In this document: positions 56,578 through 64,000 of the stretch, piece after piece | Layout of the letters: each line of letters begins with the position of its first letter | Position numbering within the stretch: position 1 is the first letter of the stretch | Assembly (NCBI GenBank): GCA_044892525.1 | Contig: CM097888.1 | Location: forward strand, 71,362,001 to 71,426,000 | Length of the DNA: 64,000 nucleotides | Direction of reading: 5' to 3' | Source: Schmidtea polychroa | Lineage: Eukaryota | Translations under genes and position numbers: made by a program | Notes under the pieces: generated by a model | Seen by the model: the letters and a program-made list of their open reading frames with translations, nothing else | Databases searched by the model: none | What the model was told of the DNA's origin: nothing

Positions 56578-57633
56578 ATGACACAAGAGAAACTAACCGA
56601 AACTGCGATAGTCCCAACCAATGTCAACAAGACACAAATTCCCCGAGAACATAACAAAAAATGGAACAAAGTAATGTTCCAACTAACTAATCTCACCCGA
56701 AATCACATCGAAGAAGCTAGAGAGGATGAGAATAGTCAATACCAATGGTTAATACACAACTTAAGAGCGGAAGCAGAAGCATGCAAAAGAGCATCAAAAT
56801 GGGCGTCACTAGAAAATACCCGCCAAGAAGCGCACAGCCACTACTTAAAGCAGCTAGTGCAGGAAGCGAGAAAGAGACTTACCGATGAGAACACCAAGCG
56901 CGAAGCGGAAAAGCAAATAGAAGGAAGGAAAATGATGCACTTAGTGGCAGAAGCGAGAAAATGGAAAAGACAAAGCAATGAAATGAAAAAAGAGATGAAA
57001 GAATTGCCCATGAGACTCGGATATGAGAGCGAACAGGGTAAATGGGAGGAAAATTTAATAATAAAGGAAGAACTGAAACGGTTGAAAAAGGTCGCCGCCC
57101 GAAGCCAAACATGGCAGATGAAGGCTATGGAGTTTGAACGACATTTGGCAATAAAATGCGACATAAGAGAGCACGAGAATGCCGCAATGGAAGAGATGAT
57201 AACCCAGCAAGCAGGACGGGTTGTGGAATTAGTAAATCAGGTCGAAGAGATGAAAAGAGACCTTAATGGATTACAAGGATCGTTAGAACAAAGAAACATG
57301 GTCCTGGCGGGAAAAAACAGAAAATTAGAAAACGAGAGGAAAATGTATACCGAAAATATCAAAAACTTGGAAATAGAAATTGAAAAATGGAAGGGCGACG
57401 AGAAAATCAAGGCCTTAGATAGACAAGTAGAGGCGAAAGACGAAGAGACAAGGTATCTCACTTATCTGCTCGACGAAGAGCTGAATATCACTCGAGCTCT
57501 AAGAGACGAAGTTAATGAATTGAGAGCTCAAATCCCCCAATATTACCTACCCTATGACCCTATTGCGATACAGTTGCATCCAGCGGTCGATAGTGATGAA
57601 GGTTATGTGGGACAGGAGGAAACCTTCGTATAA
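56578..57633 (+). CDS. 351-aa coiled-coil accessory protein ending in ETFV
   Basis: Long heptad-rich ORF with the element's codon style; TAG 2 nt before the ATG; AATAAA 6 nt after the stop. Confidence 0.75.
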   Translation: MTQEKLTETAIVPTNVNKTQIPREHNKKWNKVMFQLTNLTRNHIEEAREDENSQYQWLIHNLRAEAEACKRASKWASLENTRQEAHSHYLKQLVQEARKRLTDENTKREAEKQIEGRKMMHLVAEARKWKRQSNEMKKEMKELPMRLGYESEQGKWEENLIIKEELKRLKKVAARSQTWQMKAMEFERHLAIKCDIREHENAAMEEMITQQAGRVVELVNQVEEMKRDLNGLQGSLEQRNMVLAGKNRKLENERKMYTENIKNLEIEIEKWKGDEKIKALDRQVEAKDEETRYLTYLLDEELNITRALRDEVNELRAQIPQYYLPYDPIAIQLHPAVDSDEGYVGQEETFV

Positions 57634-57800
57634 GGGTGAATAAAAGGATAAAAACAAAAATCGGGACGTATATCCCAAACAAAAAAATTAAAGTATTGTA
57701 AAAGTATTCAAGGGACTGTAACCCGAACTATTAAAATTTTATATAAATGCATAAGTATAAGTCGCACTATAGCGCACCATTAACTGTACATATTACAGAT

Positions 57801-58508
57801 ATGAAAATCGAGGAAATAATAGAAATTACGAGCGACGTGGAAGAGGGAGAGATTGAGGCAGAAACAACAGAAACACAAACGTTAAAGGCCAAGTTACGGG
57901 AAGAGAGGGACGAAAACGAGAGACTAATAAACAAATATATAGAAGACCGAAAAATGATTAAAATACTAAAGAAGGAGTGCGAAGCGTTAGGAGAAATAAA
58001 GAGAGAAGCTGAAGAGAAGAATGAATGGTTGCAAGAACAACGAACACGAGGAAGAAACTGGGAAAAGATTGCAGAGGAACTATGGCAAGAGAGGGCAAGC
58101 TTCAAGGCAGAAGAAGTAATCCAAGATTATTGGAAAACAGAGGCGAAAGAACACCAAATAACTATAAATAAATTAAATCGACAATTGGAGGAAAAACAAC
58201 GAGAAAGTGAGGAAATGAAGAAATGGATTCGCAAGTACCAAGAGATCGAGAGAAAACAACAACAACAACAACAACGAAACCTTTCGCAGGAAAACGAACA
58301 AGATTTCCTACAAATCGAACTAAAAAGGAATCTCGACAAGAAACGGGAAGAAATTAAGAGACTGAAAAAGGAGATAAGGCACATGAAAAGGGAGGCCCGT
58401 GAAAAGAACAGACAGTTGGAAATGCTGCCCGAGTTAAGACACAGAGTCATTAAAGCGGAATCCACCCTGATGAGAATCGCCGAAAATAACCCAAACCAGA
58501 ATCATTAA
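57801..58508 (+). CDS. ~235-aa coiled-coil accessory protein (253 aa from the upstream ATG at 57747)
   Basis: TTAAC..TATTACAG|atATG at 57801; E/K/R/Q-rich helix; AATAAA at 58535. Confidence 0.72.
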   Translation: MKIEEIIEITSDVEEGEIEAETTETQTLKAKLREERDENERLINKYIEDRKMIKILKKECEALGEIKREAEEKNEWLQEQRTRGRNWEKIAEELWQERASFKAEEVIQDYWKTEAKEHQITINKLNRQLEEKQRESEEMKKWIRKYQEIERKQQQQQQRNLSQENEQDFLQIELKRNLDKKREEIKRLKKEIRHMKREAREKNRQLEMLPELRHRVIKAESTLMRIAENNPNQNH

Positions 58509-58549
58509 ATTAAGGGTCACTAAAACCAATTGTAAATAAACCATAATGA

Positions 58550-59209
58550 ATGTATAATAGTATCATGCGAGGCGAGATGATGATAACAATGACGGTATTG
58601 ATGATTCTGACGGAGAACAAACAAGTAAACGCCCAACCGAAAATCGTGCGAGATTACCGAAATCAAAATCAAGAACCTAAACGAGAATCCGGCCAATGCA
58701 CATACCCTATGACAGTAAAAATCCATATCATCCAAACCCTTCAATCAACCCGTTCACACATCAACAACATCCAAACAATGTGTAAAAAGAATCCCATTTG
58801 TAAAATGATAAACAAACAAATCCTCGAACAAATCCAACAATTCGACCAGCTAGAACAACAAATGCAACAAGAGAATTTTGAAAATCTTGTAGAAAAGCCA
58901 AAAACACCTCCCGAAATCAATGACACCCATTATCTCATATATGTGGTGATCGCAGAAACCCTCCTCCTATGTCTACCAATACTCATGAAGATTTACGAAG
59001 TTAGAAATAAATGTAGAACCCCGACAGCAATAAGAGTAACCTCGAACAGAAATCCTCAAGAAGTGCCACTGACAAATCTTAACCCAACCCCATTCCGACC
59101 TCGAATCCCGAGTAACCAACCAATCCAGCCGAATTCTTACAGTCAGACCTATCTCAACATCAATACCCAAACCAACCAACAACCGCCGGCAGAAGCATCA
59201 AATGGTTAA
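58550..59209 (+). CDS. 219-aa type-I membrane protein (signal peptide, helical ectodomain, TM, P/Q/N-rich tail)
   Basis: MMITMTVLMILTENKQVNAQ; three ectodomain Cys; TM YLIYVVIAETLLLCLPILM; tail contains YLNI. Confidence 0.72.
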   Translation: MYNSIMRGEMMITMTVLMILTENKQVNAQPKIVRDYRNQNQEPKRESGQCTYPMTVKIHIIQTLQSTRSHINNIQTMCKKNPICKMINKQILEQIQQFDQLEQQMQQENFENLVEKPKTPPEINDTHYLIYVVIAETLLLCLPILMKIYEVRNKCRTPTAIRVTSNRNPQEVPLTNLNPTPFRPRIPSNQPIQPNSYSQTYLNINTQTNQQPPAEASNG

Positions 59210-59441
59210 CAGTTCATAAACTCTAACTCAAACATTGGTGATATCATATGTAGAAACTTTTATTGTATATACAAACTATCACCTTAAGTGATACTTGCTT
59301 GGTCTTGATTTGACCTATATCTTAGAATAAAATTGTTTTATTATTGTAATATAATTGTTTCGATATATCCTTTTTATGAATGCATGAAGTAAGATAACTA
59401 TGCAATTGCGGGACGCAATTTTGATGGGTCCCCGAGTGATT

Positions 59442-62400
59442 TGTTGGGCTGAATCGAAGGGTAGTTGAGAAATTAGGGCAAACTTAACTAAAATAAAATA
59501 AAAAATAAAAACAAATAAATTGACAAACAAAATAGAATAAAACATAAGAAAAACAATAATTAGAAAATAGGAATTAAAACAAAAAATATAAAGATGAGAA
59601 AAAATTAAAATAGGACAATAGAATGGCGGAAAACAACGTAAAATATAGTAAATAATAAGAAAATTAAGGAAAATAAATAAAAACATAATTTTAATAAAGA
59701 AAGTAAGAAGAAATAACTCAAAAACAAGGAAAATAAATTAAATTAATAAAATTAAGCGGTACTCAATTCTAATTGGTCCGCGCAAACAAAAAATTAATAT
59801 ATAAGCAGGCATTAAAAACATAACAATTACTGTTAATCAACCACCTCAATAGGTAAGCGAAATTTAAACAAAAATACTGTTAATCAACCACCTCAATAGG
59901 TAAATCTATTCTACGACAGAACAGAACTCCAGCAACTAACGCACGATAACTCACGAGGACAATCCCAAGATTCAAGAGATTTTTACAGAACTAGACGATA
60001 TTCGAGCATTAACTGATTCGACATAGTACCCTTTTCGACTCAGCCCATACTTGTATCAATCATTCAGTAAGGATTTTTGATTGCTTATTTTGAATTTTTA
60101 AGTAATGCGTATAGTTTAATAATATTTTTAATTTAAAAAATGGTTTTTCTTTTCGTTTGATTTTCGAATGCTTTACTTAAATTAATAATTTGCTTAATAA
60201 TAAATGATTTGCTCGTTAAGAATTATTGATCTTTTATGAATTAATTTGTATGAATTATTGGAGACTATTCAATTTTGCGAGAAACGTGGCGTTGAGATAC
60301 TCTATGTCATGGTGTGAGGTGCCTTCGGGAGCTCCACCGGTGGACATAGGGTATTTCAATCACGCAGCTAGATTGGGCCGAAATGTGAGGGCTTCTTCAC
60401 GGGTCCAATTGCTGAAGGTGCGACTAAAAGCTATAGGTAAATGGTGGCAGAAAATTGATAGTCATGTAGTGATTGAAAACAAAGATATATAATAAAGGAA
60501 TCGGAGAGTTTGGATGTATTCGCGCAGTGATTGAGGGTGTCGCACTATCGTCTTCAAATATCGTTTTTGCTAAACCTAAAAATCTCTCTATCATCAATGT
60601 AGGTTGTGCGTCAAAAATTGTTCAAACCTTAATGAGGCTATCTGTGACATATCTTTGATGTTCATACCTTTCACTCAGAATCTGTTCCGACCAATTTTAG
60701 CCTATGACCTTTTGAACTATTATTCCGTTCACCTAAAAGTTCTCTTAAAGACATCGTTGCAAGGAAGCTCAAAGTAGATTGCTTCAGATAATTATTGGAA
60801 TTATTCCAAATGACTGTTTACGGATAAATTGTAGAACTACGTAAAATAATTTATTATAGATAATTGTTAGAACTTCATAAAACGAGTTTGTTCCAATTAA
60901 AATTTTGAATTACATAAAATAATTTACTTCAATTAATTTTTTTTTTGAATTATATAAAAATATTTACCTATAATCAATTATCATAATTACACGAACTATT
61001 GGCATCAAATAATTTAAAATGAAAAATGCAACCAATTCGAACCAAGAAAATATATTTCTTCAAGTTAGCCGATAATCTTGTTAAATACAAAATTCCAGTA
61101 TTACATGAGGTTGGCAATCCAGCAGAGATAGGAAAAAATCCTCCAGCACTTAGAGAGTAGATTGATAAACTAGGCTTGAGGAATTAGAGACGAAAAATCC
61201 ACCCTTGGAGCAAGCAGTATCCAACATTTGCAATATAGATAATTTTAATTTTTCCAATAATCCGGTGAGAATTAGTAAATCATCACCATATGCCGTAGAA
61301 TTGTGAGCGAATACGCGGTGGATAAAATTCTGAGAGAATGCCATCATGCAAACATTCAACGCCTGCATTGGTAGTATAATTAAGCGGGTGAAAGCGCACC
61401 TGGCATGCGTCACCAGTTGCAGACTTACCTAATAGCCAAGTACAGTAGACAAAGTCACACACGCATCTACTCATGAAAAATTAGATCGAACATGCCAATT
61501 AAACTACCGACAGCTATCAGATTTCACCGCTTCGGATTAAGAGTCAATCACTGGGCTGACATTACCTTATCTACCCAGCAGGTATGATCGACTACTAGCT
61601 CACACTGATACCGTGCTCAGTTGTTATAAAGACACTAACATTTAATGATAAACTCGATCATAATTATGAGTATTCTCTCGTTATTATCTTAGCATGAATG
61701 GCACCGAAATTATTTCAATTTTTGACATAGTTATCATTAATATTAGTATCGAATATTGTTAAATAAATATTATGTAAACCAGGTAAAACACATACGTGAG
61801 TAATTAAAGAAAATGAATAAACAATTAAAAATTTAAATAACCTTCCGTTTGTCCTGTAGGAACTAATCAACAGGCATTATGGACCCCTTTTCCATAGATA
61901 GTCACTCGACCCCAATATATGATACACTCAGTAAAAGCACTCGTACGGGGGGAGAAGTCGACAATTTAAATCGATTCTCGGTAAACGTGAAATAATGACT
62001 CCAAGCGGATTAAATAAATAATCAGTTTCATCGACATAGAATTTCTCTCACAAACAGTAATCTCTTCCTTTTCCTTGTGCGAAATCTGGGTTGATTGATT
62101 TATCTTCTTATAATTAAAGCCCCGAAAGGGTACGAGAATCCATCGCGTAGTAGAACTTGTCCTGACTGGTAAACCCTTATTTTTGTCTATGATCAGTACA
62201 GTATGAATGTAGTCAGGTGGTGACGCTCCCGCTGATTTAATTATTTTCATTTTCTTTTTCACAGTCGCTCAAAATGTTGCCAAATTCCAAGCCCGTTCTT
62301 CGACCTTGTTTTTCTTGCTCCGACAAGAATTCAATTATCAAAGAGCTCCAGGCCCAAATTGGCAAGCACAAAAGAAGGATAGATGAGTTAGAGGGGACAT

Positions 62401-63587
62401 GGTTTAGTCCCACCCAGATGAAGGAGGCTCAGAAGAAGCTGCACCGAAGCGAGCACTGTAGAGACGCGTTGATTTCCGAGAGTCGGGCGCAGAGGAGCCT
62501 GATAAAAGAGCAGTCGGAGGCGCTGCACAAATTGTACGTCCAGGCCGCAACTACAAGGAAGATCGCGAAGATCCCGATTAACGAAGCCAGTAACCTTTTC
62601 CCAGCACATCATGATATCTCTGGCGGGTCTTCTCCTCCAGTCGGAAAGTCCTGCCATGGGTGCGTAGAGACCGAGCTCTCACCTAAAGGACCAGAAATCA
62701 TCTTTACCGGAACCAGTAAAGTGCTACCTGCGATAGCATCCACCTCAGCAGCACCCTCGACCAACCAAACAGCATCGAAGCCAAAGCGTCGACAATTATC
62801 GAGAGCAGAACGAAAGAAAAAACAGCGGGAACGCATAACCGCCAAACAGAACCAGCAATCGTCGGATCATCCAATCAAAGTCATCAACCCCCCTGCAGCA
62901 ATCGATTTAGCACCAGTGATCTCAGGGCGAATCATCTCCGCCGCTGGTGTTACCTGGGAGGAAAACGCCTCTGAGTTTTTCGATTTGGAAGATCTATTGG
63001 CAGACTCGGAGTGGGAGAAATGAGAACTTCCCCGTAAAAAGTCTTCGTTCTCTGAATTGACCTGAACATTGTCTGATAACATTTTACCTTGTCTCTTTTC
63101 CCGTTGTCGTGAACTTTATTGTATAGGTGTTAGATATATTTGTGTGATAATCTTAATAATAAACCATTTTTGTCTGCATACGTTCTTTTTGTGTTCATCT
63201 TAAGACAGTTGAGTTGAAATTGGTAAATGGTATTGAGAGTCATAAAATTATGAGGAGCATTAGTCAGTTGGTAAACTCAGCTAGAAATATTGCGATGGGG
63301 CGACGGAATGAGTAGACGTAAGTCCTTCTATCGGCAGTCAGGGTTGGGAAGTCGAGGCCTCAGTAAGGAGTAGTCCGAAGGAGCTGGCTCACCTGCTTAC
63401 TGGCGTCTCGCCGGCATAGCACAGTTCCAACGTGAAGCAATTCACGGGTGCTATGTTGGAGTGTAAGTTATGTACGGGTCCCGCTCGGCGATGACCAAAT
63501 AAATGACGGGCGAAATCGAGGTGGGCATTCATCCTCTAGACTAAAGCTGCACTAGAAAGGGGTCATCCGAGTAGTGTACCCGCAACA
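59442..63587 (+). repeat. 3' LTR (4146 bp)
   Basis: Same sequence as the 5' LTR; the only difference noticed is T11 versus T10 near 34745/60937. Confidence 0.97.
62274..63023 (+). CDS. LTR-encoded 249-aa protein, 3' LTR copy
   Basis: Translation identical to 36083-36832. Confidence 0.75.
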   Translation: MLPNSKPVLRPCFSCSDKNSIIKELQAQIGKHKRRIDELEGTWFSPTQMKEAQKKLHRSEHCRDALISESRAQRSLIKEQSEALHKLYVQAATTRKIAKIPINEASNLFPAHHDISGGSSPPVGKSCHGCVETELSPKGPEIIFTGTSKVLPAIASTSAAPSTNQTASKPKRRQLSRAERKKKQRERITAKQNQQSSDHPIKVINPPAAIDLAPVISGRIISAAGVTWEENASEFFDLEDLLADSEWEK

Positions 63588-64000
63588 TACCTATTATAAT
63601 AGCTGGAGATGAATACATAGTTAACAATCTTAACATGAATATTATAATTATTATAGTAAGCTGTTTTGAATTCGGGTTTTAGGGGTACCAGATATATGAA
63701 CCGCACAGAGCGCAATAATGCCTTGTTACGGCCCTGCGTTCAAATAATATTTTAATGACTAATTCGTAAAAGCATCAGTAACTAATTAAAAAAATCCACA
63801 TAAAAATAATTTAAATAAATATTGGCTTTTACTTTTTTTATAACAAACATAAAGATTTGTTAATAGTGCTCTTTGTTCTATTATTTTTAGACTAAACTGA
63901 CAAGCTGAATTGCAGATGTTTATATTTACAAATCTTTAAAATTTATCAATAGCGGAATTATATACCAACTTTACCGTCATGAGACAGGTAAGTTTTACAC

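Larger units (their letters stand above)
33250..63587 (+). mobile_element. Giant (30,338 bp) Ty3/Gypsy LTR retrotransposon / endogenous retrovirus-like element, apparently intact
   Basis: Direct repeats of 4147 and 4146 bp; TGTTG...CAACA termini; TSD TACC at 33246-33249 and 63588-63591; PBS; PR-RT-RH-IN order with Gypsy-type RT motifs. Confidence 0.97.
32954..63736. mobile_element. hAT-type MITE (441 bp when reconstituted) split by the giant LTR element; halves 32954-33249 and 63592-63736
   Basis: Perfect 16-bp TIR CAGGGCCGTAACAAGG / CCTTGTTACGGCCCTG; 8-bp TSD CGTTCAAA at 32946-32953 and 63737-63744. Confidence 0.92.

Noticed and set aside
41013-59182. Dozens of minus-strand and alternate-frame ORFs over the polyprotein and accessory genes
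   Set aside because: Shadow ORFs from the strongly A-rich coding strand, whose complement is F/L/S-rich and stop-poor; no motifs.

Overview
AT-rich eukaryotic, probably invertebrate, scaffold with three assembly gaps (22117-22281, 25390-25592, 31089-31320). The first ~33 kb is mostly non-coding DNA with nested DNA-transposon remnants (hAT, Tc1/pogo, piggyBac-like, MITEs). It also holds one convincing host gene (3-exon Fos/ATF3-family bZIP, 14017-15669) and a decayed CRESS-DNA-virus Rep fragment. The second half is one apparently intact, very young 30,338-bp Ty3/Gypsy LTR element (33250-63587). It has 4.15-kb near-identical LTRs, TGTTG...CAACA ends, a 4-bp TSD (TACC) and a tRNA-Pro PBS, and it is inserted inside a 441-bp hAT MITE. 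It encodes one uninterrupted polyprotein of at least 4617 aa: Gag/3xCCHC, three ubiquitin-like domains, a Bcl-2-like domain, a chuvirus-like envelope glycoprotein, PR, RT, RNase H, IN, two ankyrin modules and an FN3-like type-I membrane protein. It also carries an IAP-type RING gene, a full-length intronless TRAF, three coiled-coil genes, a small membrane-protein gene and a gene inside the LTR. It looks like an enveloped retrovirus-like element with an apoptosis/NF-kB/ubiquitin toolkit of the kind found in large DNA viruses. Giant Gypsy elements of this size are known from planarians (Burro families of Schmidtea mediterranea), so novelty must be tested against those. All domain calls are motif recognition by eye; no searches were run.
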